A stretch of 64,000 nt of DNA from a virus (lineage: Duplodnaviria > Caudoviricetes), in the IMG/VR virus record IMGVR_UViG_3300042275_000518, positions 96,001-160,000 of that record; one strand, given 5' to 3'. The notes under the pieces were generated by a model, which worked only from the letters and a program-made list of their open reading frames with translations, was not told where the DNA came from and made no database searches. The translations under genes were made by a program, and so were the position numbers. Shown piece by piece: positions 8,625 to 18,010 of the stretch; the stretch's first letter is position 1; the number at the start of each line of letters is the position of its first letter.

Positions 8625-9564
8625 ACCTGGGAATGCTTTAACTAATTTGTAGTAGGTCCAGGATCATAGGAAACCCATGATCTCCGGATCTTTCGATCTA
8701 TTAGAAGTAAGCTAAAAGATAGCCAGGTGTATTAACGAAAGAAAGCCGGTAATTAAATAACTTTTATTCATCCATTTGAGTTTTTAGAAGTAAGTATATT
8801 ATAGCCGGCAATTGTAAATATACAAAATCTGATTGGTTTGATTCCTAGTCAAATTATTTTTCTTAAGTAGAGTGTTAAAAGCATAAATAAGTACACAATC
8901 AGAATTGCATTTATAAAAATAAGGTAATTTCATCACTGAAGTCAATTTAACGGATTGGTGGGGATACCCCCTAGAAGTAAGTAAATTGAATAGCCTTAAT
9001 TTTTAACAAAATAATGCTTGGAAAGTATTTATCTATCTTTACTAATGCTCTACCAGTTGAGCTACATGACCGTGGTCATGGCTGGATTCGAACCAACAAC
9101 CCTTAGTCCCTAATAGAAGTAAGACACAATATAGCCAAGCGTTATAAATATAATTTAAACTGGTAAGTCTATATCCTTTTATCACCCTAATCGCTCGTGT
9201 TACGGAGCGAATGTTGGATTCGAACCAACGATCTTATTAGAAGTATGATATTAGATAGCCAGTATTAAAATCAAATTTTACAGGTAATTTTACAACTATT
9301 ATATTATTGTATTATATTAGAAGTAAGTATATAAATAGCCTGCTTATAATAATCCGGTAAGTATTTGAGATTCAAAAAACGTTGTAATACAAATTGTAGA
9401 ATCTCCGTAGAGATTCCTCTCATCATATTATAAAATAGAAGTAACTCGAGATTTTCTTTATTTTTCAACGCGCCCATCTCTATAGCCGGAATTATAAATA
9501 TATTAAATCCAGGTAATTACATAACTATCTTTTACCAATTAGAAGTAAGTATAGCATAGCCTGG
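8625..9564 (-). repeat. Array of 8 Y-RNA-like ncRNA units (8625-8728, 8745-8809, 8915-9004, 9011-9145, 9159-9263, 9281-9342, 9345-9497, 9509-9564)
   Basis: Each unit (sense): closing stem xxGGCTAT...(C)TTACTTCTA + variable insert + ...TT(A/T/C)CCxx pairing back to the 5' end; closing stems covary. Confidence 0.85.
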
Positions 9565-9576
9565 TTTTTAAACAAA

Positions 9577-9662
9577 TGGTAGGGGTGGGGAGACTTGAAC
9601 TCCCACGAGCCAATGCCCAACGGGTTTTAAGCCCGTCGCGTCTACCATTCCGCCACACCCCC
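9577..9662 (-). tRNA. tRNA-Leu(UAA)
   Basis: ACGGG-CTTAAAA-CCCGT, variable arm, CCA. Confidence 0.92.
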
Positions 9663-9935
9663 ATAAATATTTATATTTATTTGTTTAATAATAAATTAAA
9701 AATTTTTTTCTTTTAAAAAGAATGGAATATTCTCACTTGTTATCCAAGGTGATATTCCGCTTCCATCTCTATTAACCTCCCAATAGAGATCACCTAGGTC
9801 TGTATCTTACTTTCCTCCATACAGAAACTGAGAAACACTGAAATAACCCTTTTAATTTGCAGCTTAAAATGGACTACCAATGTACAACAATAACACCTGC
9901 AAGTATTATCACCGCATTTTTTATTCTCCCTCTTC

Positions 9936-10011
9936 TGGTTGCGGGGGTGAGATTCGAACTCACGACCTTCAGCTTATGAGGCTGACGAGCACTCCGCTGC
10001 TCTACCCCGCA
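9936..10011 (-). tRNA. tRNA-Met(CAU), initiator-like body
   Basis: TCAGC-CTCATAA-GCTGA; TGCGGGG acceptor resembling fMet tRNAs. Confidence 0.85.
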
Positions 10012-10407
10012 ATATTTATAAGTCAGCCCACCTCTAGACTTACTGCTACGTACCCCATTACCTTTGTACGTGCTCCCATCTTAAATGACAACTCTAGATA
10101 TTTTTCCCTCAAAGACAAATTTTGTGTTGGCCAAACACATTAGAATCATCAACTGCCTTCATTATAAGTCTTCAGCTTGCTCAGCAGTAAAGTTCGCTTG
10201 CACGCAGATATAATATTATATTATATAATTTATCATATATGGCCTCGGAATACTCTTGGCTCTGCGTGGCTAATCCCAAGGTTTTCTGTGTTTTTTTGTG
10301 GTTATTCCTCTTTCGATAATAACCTGCTCTCAAGGGAGCGTTTCTATATTTTGTTTTTAAATATTAGTGGACCACAGATAATCCGTTTGGCCGCCTAAAA
10401 GGCGATA

Positions 10408-10484
10408 TGGTGGATCCTGAAGGGCTCGAACCTTCGACCGCCCGGTTATGGGCCGGATGCTCTGACCAACTGAGCTAAGGATCC
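10408..10484 (-). tRNA. tRNA-Ile2/Met(CAU)
   Basis: TCCGG-CCCATAA-CCGGG; body resembles Bacillota lysidine tRNA-Ile2. Confidence 0.8.
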
Positions 10485-10629
10485 AATTTAGTAACTCCTA
10501 ATTGCAAAATTATTATATATGTTTAAAAACTGATTTAAAATAAAGATAATCCATTGGATTATCTTTTATTAGAACGAACTTAATAAATACTGTACTGCCT
10601 TCGGCAACTATAGCCACCGCTATAGTATA

Positions 10630-10788
10630 TTATACAATATCAATTTTATTGCGCACTAATAAAAGCTGTCCGAGTTCCCATGCTGTCCCCTCTAAACGAG
10701 GATCAAAATTTTGCGATACGGCTCCGCCAATGACTGCTACATTGTTTTGATAACTTTGTTTTGTTGATAAGAAATTTATTAACATCAT
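10630..10788 (-). CDS. Small hypothetical protein (52 aa)
   Basis: ATG with AAAGGATG RBS and AACA-N6-TA promoter upstream. Confidence 0.4.
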   Translation of the reverse strand: MMLINFLSTKQSYQNNVAVIGGAVSQNFDPRLEGTAWELGQLLLVRNKIDIV

Positions 10789-10986
10789 AACAATCATCCT
10801 TTCTTAGTGCTTATATTAATTTGTTTAATAATTGAAATCATTTTTTAAAATTTTAAAATAACTACTGTCATATAATTATGTTCATTTAATTTTAAACTTT
10901 TAAATTTTAAGGTTCACAATGCTAGAGGTATAATAATATATTTATAGAAACTTCTTTAAAAAATATAACTAGATAATCTAGTTATA

Positions 10987-11175
10987 TTAGTAGTTTTTAT
11001 TGCGTTGACTGTTTCTTTTTGCTTCTTTAATTCTATTTCTTTTTTGGACACCAGGTTTTTCATAGTAATTATGTTTCTTAACATCTTGCATCTTACCAGA
11101 TCTTCTAACCTTTTGATTAAATTGCTTAATTACATCATCAATTGACTGTCCAGGTTGTACTTTTATCTTAGACAA
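10987..11175 (-). CDS. rpsU: 30S ribosomal protein bS21
   Basis: KIKVQPGQSIDDVIKQFNQKVRRSG...KKHNYYEKPG. Confidence 0.85.
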   Translation of the reverse strand: MSKIKVQPGQSIDDVIKQFNQKVRRSGKMQDVKKHNYYEKPGVQKRNRIKEAKRNSQRNKNY

Positions 11176-11245
11176 AACTTCTCTTCCTTTCTATATCGGA
11201 TTATAATTTATTGTTTAACTAGAACATAAAAGAAAAAAGAAGGAA

Positions 11246-12889
11246 TTATTTTCCTTCTTTCTTTAATTCATAAACTAAATTTCCGCAATCCCAAATTCTG
11301 TTATAATTAGTTTGGTCCATTATTTCAAATTCAGTTAATGATGAATCATATAATTCTGGAAATTTTTCTTTTAATAATTGCTTTCTGAAGCCGTACCTAT
11401 GATACCTGTAATTTCTATCAGCATACCAATAATTTGGTTCTGTTTGTCTTTTTAGAACAAATCCAGTCTTTTCATAAATATTTGATTCAATACTCCATCT
11501 TAAATCCGCATACGTTATTATTCTGTCGAATTCATAGTTTCTTAAAAAATGTTTTAGTAACTTACTAAATGCACCTATAACTATTTTGTTTTTGTCAGAT
11601 GCAAATCTAACTAATTCATACATATTTTCTTTTTTTGTATTTTTCCCAATACCACTTCTAGGACGTGAGAATGTCATAACTGAGACCAGTAAATTATTGT
11701 AATATAGACCAAGTCTTACTCCACTTTTATCTTCACCTTGAATATGGTTTTCATTAAGAAATTTATTCTTATCTTTAGTTGATATTTGTTTTATATTACA
11801 TTTTCTAGCATATATTTTACTATTTTTATTCAATTCTAAAATATGTGTTAATTTAGATTTAACTATGTCATTTTTATTTACCCACTCATCTTCAAATATA
11901 TGAATCAACCTAATATTATTTTCTTTGCATTTATTCGTTTTATTTAAATGATATGTTTTGTCTCTACCATTTTTTTCTGAATGCCAATAAAGACCATTAT
12001 ATTCGATTGCGAGTTTTAAATCTGGAAGGTAAATATCTAACTCTATTTCATTATTTAATTTATAGTTATGTTCAATAGTTCCTGAATATATTTCTTTAAT
12101 AAATTCAAGAACTTCTATTTCTTGACCTGATTTATTTTTTAACGCACAGTATGGACACCTATTATTTAAATTTAAAAAATTTCCTGGATTTGCTAAAAAT
12201 ATATTACCACATTCTATATGTTTTATTCTAATAGAAGTTTTGTTATTTTTATAAAATAATTTATCCCTATTAATGATTTCATAATCTTTAGAATCTTTTA
12301 AAGTATCAAATTTTTCTAAAAATTCTTCTTGGATTTTCTTTTGCTTCTTTTCTAGATCCCATGGAAAATCTCGGTACCCACCTTTTGAAAAAATTTGTGG
12401 GTTCTTAATTTTATGAATTGTATTTGTTGGTAAATGCTTAACATTCATTGGTTTTTTCATTCCAGAAAATTCTAATATTTTGTAGTCCTCAATATCATCT
12501 CTTTCAGATTTTTTAATAAAATTTTTTCTAGAATTTTCTATTTTTTTTAAACTTGTTTTTTTAACTGAAATTTCTTTTGGTTCCATTCCATTCATAAAGT
12601 TATTAAGATAAATCTCATAATTCTTATTTTCAAATTCTATTACTATTTTTGTCTTTTTTCTTTTTATAAATTTATAGTTTCTTTTTTCACATTCTTCAAT
12701 AATCATTTTTTCAGATACTCTATTTGATTTTGGATTTAAATATATATAATTTTCAGCTTTAATATTATGTATTTTACCAGTTAATTTATTTTTTATTTTA
12801 ACTTTGGATTGCATCCCATTATCAAATCCAGATATATACAAAAATTCTGGTGGAAGCATTTTTTTAAATTCTTCTAATGTTTTTTTCAT
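11246..12889 (-). CDS. Free-standing homing endonuclease-like protein (Zn-ribbon + DUF559/Vsr-like + YADLRWS domain)
   Basis: ELDIYLPDLKLAIEYNGLYWHS, IFEDEW, YADLRWS, RIWDCG; paralog of 34286-35779. Confidence 0.8.
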   Translation of the reverse strand: MKKTLEEFKKMLPPEFLYISGFDNGMQSKVKIKNKLTGKIHNIKAENYIYLNPKSNRVSEKMIIEECEKRNYKFIKRKKTKIVIEFENKNYEIYLNNFMNGMEPKEISVKKTSLKKIENSRKNFIKKSERDDIEDYKILEFSGMKKPMNVKHLPTNTIHKIKNPQIFSKGGYRDFPWDLEKKQKKIQEEFLEKFDTLKDSKDYEIINRDKLFYKNNKTSIRIKHIECGNIFLANPGNFLNLNNRCPYCALKNKSGQEIEVLEFIKEIYSGTIEHNYKLNNEIELDIYLPDLKLAIEYNGLYWHSEKNGRDKTYHLNKTNKCKENNIRLIHIFEDEWVNKNDIVKSKLTHILELNKNSKIYARKCNIKQISTKDKNKFLNENHIQGEDKSGVRLGLYYNNLLVSVMTFSRPRSGIGKNTKKENMYELVRFASDKNKIVIGAFSKLLKHFLRNYEFDRIITYADLRWSIESNIYEKTGFVLKRQTEPNYWYADRNYRYHRYGFRKQLLKEKFPELYDSSLTEFEIMDQTNYNRIWDCGNLVYELKKEGK

Positions 12890-12971
12890 ATTTTCATCTC
12901 CTTATAACTATAATATATAGTTGAATGAACTTTAATATAAAAAATTACTTGAAAAAATAAAAAAGAAGGAA

Positions 12972-14606
12972 TTATTTTCCTTCTTTTGTTAATTCGAATA
13001 ATGCCATACTTGCTTCCTTGCCAATAGCTCCTATACCACGAGTTGGTTCACCAGATGCTCCAAGAAAATTACCTTTACCTTTAATAAGTTTAGCAGCTTC
13101 TTGATTGGCTTCTTTCGTAAATAAACCTCTCATATACAACATATCACCATCATAGTCACCACCCATTGCTTTTATATAGATATTTCCAGGGATAAGAACG
13201 TTAATAAAGTTATAGTCTGGGCCTTTGCCAGGGTTTGGATCCTCATCAAATTTTATATAAGGATAGTCACTGTAATAAGTAACTTCTTCACTTTGTGGAA
13301 ATAATTTTAGGTAAACAGATCTTGTCTTAGAAGTGCTCATCAATCTTATTTTAACAGGTGTAATATTTTGAAAGTTAATAACAGGATAACGTGTCATATA
13401 AATATGTTTATCTGGTACGATATCTTCAGCAGTTATCATATAGAATAAATCTGTGAGTGTCATATCACGTTCAATATACTTATCATCTTTCAAATTTGGT
13501 TTTAAACCTTTGAAATCACTTCTATATTCATATATTCTAAAGCTCTTTTCAACGGTTTTCCCTTCAGTATTAGTATAAGAATATGTAATAGGTTTAAATC
13601 TTTCAGTCTCAGATTTAATAAATAATTTTATTAATTTTTCAGCATACTTATTATTAAATTGATTCTTACTAATTCTTTCAATATCATAAGAATCTGCAAC
13701 CTCTGCGTATCTCAATAATCCTGACAATATTTCTGTTATTCTACTCACATAAAATGGAATGAATAAAGAAATTACCGTAGCAATAGGGAATGATGCATAT
13801 CCAAAATTAACTGGCATATCTTCTGGTCTATTTGCTTTTGAGATCTCAGGTGCTGTAATAACATTTGAAGAACTGTAATCAATTGTTTTACCTAACATAT
13901 GTTTACGTAGTAAACTATTTTTGCCCTTAATAGGTTTAGTAGTTTCAGTAAATATTTCTAATAATGTATTTTGTATCCTAAGTTTAGTTTGATTACCAAA
14001 TAGCCCAATCCCAAAACTTGATTTCATTGAGTTTGTTCTGTTTATCAAGTCCTTATACATTCTGTTTATCTCTTCACCCATAGTTCTATCTTCTGTACTT
14101 TCTGCACGATAGAATGGCGGAATAACTAACCATTTTGTAATAAAGAACTCATCTTTTTTTAATGATCTTAAAAATTTTAAACGAGTCTTCTTATCGATTG
14201 AATCAATATCCGCCTCTTCAACTTCATCAATCCAGTTTATATTATCATAGTTTTTATATAGGAAATCAAGACCTGTGTCCGCTCCTTTGAAATCTTCGTC
14301 TACAATTGTTATCTTTCCATTAGCAATAACTGCATATTTGTCACCAGCAAGTATATCTCGAATACTTCCCATACGTCCAACCATCATTGAATAGATAAGT
14401 GGGTGAATATAATGACCGTTTAAGTCAATATACCCAAAAATATTTTGTCTTTCTTTATCCGTTACGCCAAATAGTTCATATGAAAATAAACCATCTGCTG
14501 TTGGAGTCTTATCAAAATTAAAGAAGACCGGGTTCTTAACTTGTGGACAATTATTTTCTTTAACAAAATCGTCTATATTAAATAAATCTACCTTCATGCT
14601 GCCCAC
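12972..14606 (-). CDS. Phage multisubunit RNA polymerase beta'-like subunit (catalytic)
   Basis: DGLFS..LFG, FGYIDL, VIPPFYR, KGKNSLLRKHMLGKTIDYS, TRYP, GGDYDGD (DxDGD Mg site). Confidence 0.9.
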   Translation of the reverse strand: MGSMKVDLFNIDDFVKENNCPQVKNPVFFNFDKTPTADGLFSYELFGVTDKERQNIFGYIDLNGHYIHPLIYSMMVGRMGSIRDILAGDKYAVIANGKITIVDEDFKGADTGLDFLYKNYDNINWIDEVEEADIDSIDKKTRLKFLRSLKKDEFFITKWLVIPPFYRAESTEDRTMGEEINRMYKDLINRTNSMKSSFGIGLFGNQTKLRIQNTLLEIFTETTKPIKGKNSLLRKHMLGKTIDYSSSNVITAPEISKANRPEDMPVNFGYASFPIATVISLFIPFYVSRITEILSGLLRYAEVADSYDIERISKNQFNNKYAEKLIKLFIKSETERFKPITYSYTNTEGKTVEKSFRIYEYRSDFKGLKPNLKDDKYIERDMTLTDLFYMITAEDIVPDKHIYMTRYPVINFQNITPVKIRLMSTSKTRSVYLKLFPQSEEVTYYSDYPYIKFDEDPNPGKGPDYNFINVLIPGNIYIKAMGGDYDGDMLYMRGLFTKEANQEAAKLIKGKGNFLGASGEPTRGIGAIGKEASMALFELTKEGK

Positions 14607-14609
14607 CTC

Positions 14610-15023
14610 CTAAATTTCGTATCGTTCATTATTTAAAATATGTATCTCATATTGTAAAGTTTTCTTTTTAGTTTCTTCTCTTTTAACTAGATAGTATTCA
14701 TCATCATTTATTTCTTCGTCTATTTCTCTTGATCGTTCCATTATAACTTCTATCATAATTTTATTTACAATACTATTTGGAACTAGTTTCTTTTTAGTAA
14801 AAATACCAATTTCAGTTGTTTCTGTTAATTTTTTCAAATCTATTAAATCTAAGTCTTTTCTATGACCATATAAATTAATTTCTCTAACATCATTAAGAGA
14901 ACCTTCTCTTAAGATCATTTCAAGTGCGTTAAGATATACCACGGTTGTTAAATTTTTTATCCATTCTGGCTTCATTTTTTTATCTTGTGAGTTAGAAATC
15001 TTTGCATCAAATTTGTTATACAT
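14610..15023 (-). CDS. Hypothetical protein
   Basis: 137-aa ORF, RBS and late promoter. Confidence 0.7.
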   Translation of the reverse strand: MYNKFDAKISNSQDKKMKPEWIKNLTTVVYLNALEMILREGSLNDVREINLYGHRKDLDLIDLKKLTETTEIGIFTKKKLVPNSIVNKIMIEVIMERSREIDEEINDDEYYLVKREETKKKTLQYEIHILNNERYEI

Positions 15024-15117
15024 AATAACACATCCTTTCAGTATATCTTCAATATAAAGAATTGTTCATATAGAAAATTGATTTAGAAATAAAAAAGATA
15101 ATGAATATTCATTATCT

Positions 15118-15729
15118 TTAAAATTCTAATTTCTCCAAAATTTCTTCTGGTATATAATCTTCTTTAACAATATTAGCAAGACCATCCATAACTCTTCTTG
15201 AAACTATGCGTCTATTTCTGTAAATAGTTGCAATTAATTTTATAACTCTCTCGATTGCATAAACTGCATCTTTATATTTCTTTTGGAGTTCTGGGTCATT
15301 TAAGTATTTTCCTTGTCTCTTAAGATTTTTCATTATTAATTGAACTTTTCTTAGTTTGCTTTTCATAGTATTAAATTTTTTAGAATCAAGTGACCTTTGG
15401 ATATTCTGTATGATTGCTTTAGATACAGGTCCTTTGAAACTTCCTTCGCCAAGCCCCATAGAGCTAAATAAACTATTCATTCTTTCTTCATTTTGAAGTA
15501 TTTTTTCTACCTCACCAGATTCGAGCATATATAGCAATTTATCCATTAGTTTATCTAAATTACTTGAAAATAGGAAGTCAATAGCTCTTGAATTTGTCAC
15601 TCCTGAAAGCATAAGTTGTAAATTACTTGGAAGATCTGAATCTTTGATTTCTGCTTTTTCAGTATTTCTCATACTCTCAATAGAAGCATTAATACTATCT
15701 ATCATTTGATCTAGATCTTGTGTTGGCAT
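15118..15729 (-). CDS. Hypothetical protein
   Basis: 203-aa ORF. Confidence 0.75.
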   Translation of the reverse strand: MPTQDLDQMIDSINASIESMRNTEKAEIKDSDLPSNLQLMLSGVTNSRAIDFLFSSNLDKLMDKLLYMLESGEVEKILQNEERMNSLFSSMGLGEGSFKGPVSKAIIQNIQRSLDSKKFNTMKSKLRKVQLIMKNLKRQGKYLNDPELQKKYKDAVYAIERVIKLIATIYRNRRIVSRRVMDGLANIVKEDYIPEEILEKLEF

Positions 15730-15730
15730 A

Positions 15731-16558
15731 TTACTTACCTTCTTCTAGACGTTTTAGATTTCTATTTTTTCTTTTCATAAATCTAATCTTTGGTAGCCTT
15801 GGTCCTATTTTACTTTTAACTTGAGTTTCATTCATTTCATTTCTTTCTATAACAATAGGAATTTGATAGGTAAATATGATTGCTAGAACCACTGCAAGTA
15901 TAATTTGGTAAAATAAAAGTGTACCGACAGCTTTAAATTCTCCTTCTTCATTGAAGAATTTACCCATATAGATAGAGAATGTTTCTCCTTCGCCATCATT
16001 ATATTTTTCAATCATAAAGTTAATATTATAAAGAGCCTTATATGCATCTTTATTATACATTTCGATAAAATCTGCTCTTGTTTCTGTATTGTAGCTATTC
16101 ATAATTCCAGCAATATCATAACCGTTTAAATCATCAATATCTTTTTCTGCAATAATAACAATTACATCCTCTGGAATAAAGTCTTTATCGTAGTAAATAT
16201 ACATATCGTTTGCTGTATAAACTGGCGCTACAATTGGCGTTGCTATTTCAGTAACATATGTTACCGCCCAATCGGCCCATTCCATTCCATTTTGCCACCA
16301 TTGCCACTTAAACCATCCGCGAATAGTCATTTTTGGTTCATCAAGATCTTTTAAGATACTAATATTTGTGGACCAAAAACCAGGTGCATCTGAATATACT
16401 ACATCAGTTATTTCTGTTTCTAATAATTGTACCCTTTCTACATCACCATCTGAAGGTAATGCTAAACCCGCCAATACAATATACTGTGCTGCAATAATAA
16501 TTACAAACCACACCATAAATTGAATTGATGTTAAAATTAATTTTGCTATGTTTTTCAT
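15731..16558 (-). CDS. Hypothetical membrane protein (2 TM)
   Basis: Hydrophobic N- and C-terminal segments; AGGAGG before ATG 16558. Confidence 0.75.
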   Translation of the reverse strand: MKNIAKLILTSIQFMVWFVIIIAAQYIVLAGLALPSDGDVERVQLLETEITDVVYSDAPGFWSTNISILKDLDEPKMTIRGWFKWQWWQNGMEWADWAVTYVTEIATPIVAPVYTANDMYIYYDKDFIPEDVIVIIAEKDIDDLNGYDIAGIMNSYNTETRADFIEMYNKDAYKALYNINFMIEKYNDGEGETFSIYMGKFFNEEGEFKAVGTLLFYQIILAVVLAIIFTYQIPIVIERNEMNETQVKSKIGPRLPKIRFMKRKNRNLKRLEEGK

Positions 16559-16637
16559 AATAGACCTCCTTAAAAATTTTAGTTCATATAAATAATTGTT
16601 CATACAGATATCTTAAAATACAAAAAAAAAGATGATG

Positions 16638-17105
16638 CTAGAACCCTAGGCCATCATCTTTATCATCAAATTTAAATTTCTTTCGTATTTTTAATTCTTT
16701 GGTAAGCTTCAAGACCAAATCTCCTTCAGTGCTTTTAACTAGAACTTTTTCCATGGTAGGCTCTTTCCCAGAAAGCATTTCAAAGAAATCTACTGGGCTC
16801 GGAACCTCTTCATATTCGCCAATAGTAACTGGCCCTATTTTAATTGAATCTGCGTCCATATTGATATCAAATATTTTAATATTGTCAAATGATGTATCTT
16901 TACCTGCAACGAGGGTTCCCATAGCAATAACATCAAAGTATCCGTCGTTTAAATCATCCTTAAAATAAACTTGGTATTCACCAGTACTTAGTTTTTCAAT
17001 TAAATCATAAGTCTTACTTTGTCTTGTTTGTAGCTGTCTTTTTCGCATTTCTAGCCGAGCAATTTCTTGCTCTAACCATCTGATTTCATCTCTATTATCC
17101 TTCAT
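16638..17105 (-). CDS. Hypothetical protein
   Basis: 155-aa ORF in operon. Confidence 0.7.
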   Translation of the reverse strand: MKDNRDEIRWLEQEIARLEMRKRQLQTRQSKTYDLIEKLSTGEYQVYFKDDLNDGYFDVIAMGTLVAGKDTSFDNIKIFDINMDADSIKIGPVTIGEYEEVPSPVDFFEMLSGKEPTMEKVLVKSTEGDLVLKLTKELKIRKKFKFDDKDDGLGF

Positions 17106-17114
17106 TTCTAGTTC

Positions 17115-17363
17115 TTAGTGAAAACCAAAACCTGTAATATTAGAAACATAAGTGTCATTTATGTATGCAAATATATAAACAGAGTTTACAGTTCTTACTA
17201 TGATTCCTCCTTCCATAAGGGCTGTTGAATCTACAACTTTACTAGTTGAAAAACCCTTTCCATCTTTGTTTAAAGCTGTTAGAGATTTTTCTACATATAC
17301 ATCAAATTCTTCTTGTAAATGATGAGTCATATTCGGATTCGACGTATAAACTAATTTATACAT
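17115..17363 (-). CDS. Hypothetical protein
   Basis: 82-aa ORF, TAATG overlap with def. Confidence 0.7.
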   Translation of the reverse strand: MYKLVYTSNPNMTHHLQEEFDVYVEKSLTALNKDGKGFSTSKVVDSTALMEGGIIVRTVNSVYIFAYINDTYVSNITGFGFH

Positions 17364-18010
17364 TAGTCTAAATGACCTCCATCAGTTGGAGATACTGGAT
17401 TTCTCAGAACTCCACCACTTGTATCAACATAACCATCCATCATTGGCTCTGCAAATCCTCTGCTATTTGCTGGAATTCTTTCAGACTTATCTATATATAA
17501 GACACCTTGTAAATGGTCATATTCATGTTGGAATACAATTCCTAGATAACCTTCCATTCTAGACATTTTCTTATACTCATAAGTTCCATCTTCAAGATTA
17601 ATTAAATAACCAGTCCAACGAATTTTCTCATGTCTAAATACTTTTTCAGGTTCTCTGTTTGGAAGGGATAGACAACTTTCCCCATCTGTAAGGGCAATCA
17701 TTCTTTTTGATCTTTCTTCAATAACAGGATTTACAACTGCATATACAAATAGATCACCTTCATCATCTGGCATTGCAATTACAAACATTCTCTTATTAAT
17801 TCCAATTTGAACAGCAGATAACCCAACAGCCGATGTATATTTATCGCCATTGTCATCAACTTCCTTAGTTTGACTCTGCATAACAAATGCCGCCATACCT
17901 TGGAGTAGTTCTAGATTTTCTTCTGAGAGAGGTAGTTCAACCTCAATAGATTTTTGTCTTAATCTCTTATCCTCTTTTGGAATAAGGTCCTTCATTGTTA
18001 TAATCTTCAT
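17363..18010 (-). CDS. def: Peptide deformylase (type 2)
   Basis: AVGLSAVQIG, ESCLS, QHEYDHLQG motifs. Confidence 0.95.
   Translation of the reverse strand: MKIITMKDLIPKEDKRLRQKSIEVELPLSEENLELLQGMAAFVMQSQTKEVDDNGDKYTSAVGLSAVQIGINKRMFVIAMPDDEGDLFVYAVVNPVIEERSKRMIALTDGESCLSLPNREPEKVFRHEKIRWTGYLINLEDGTYEYKKMSRMEGYLGIVFQHEYDHLQGVLYIDKSERIPANSRGFAEPMMDGYVDTSGGVLRNPVSPTDGGHLD

Noticed and set aside
8625-9564. CRISPR array
   Set aside because: Repeats are bipartite and degenerate, pair around the variable insert, spacing is irregular (55-150 nt), and no cas genes are in the window
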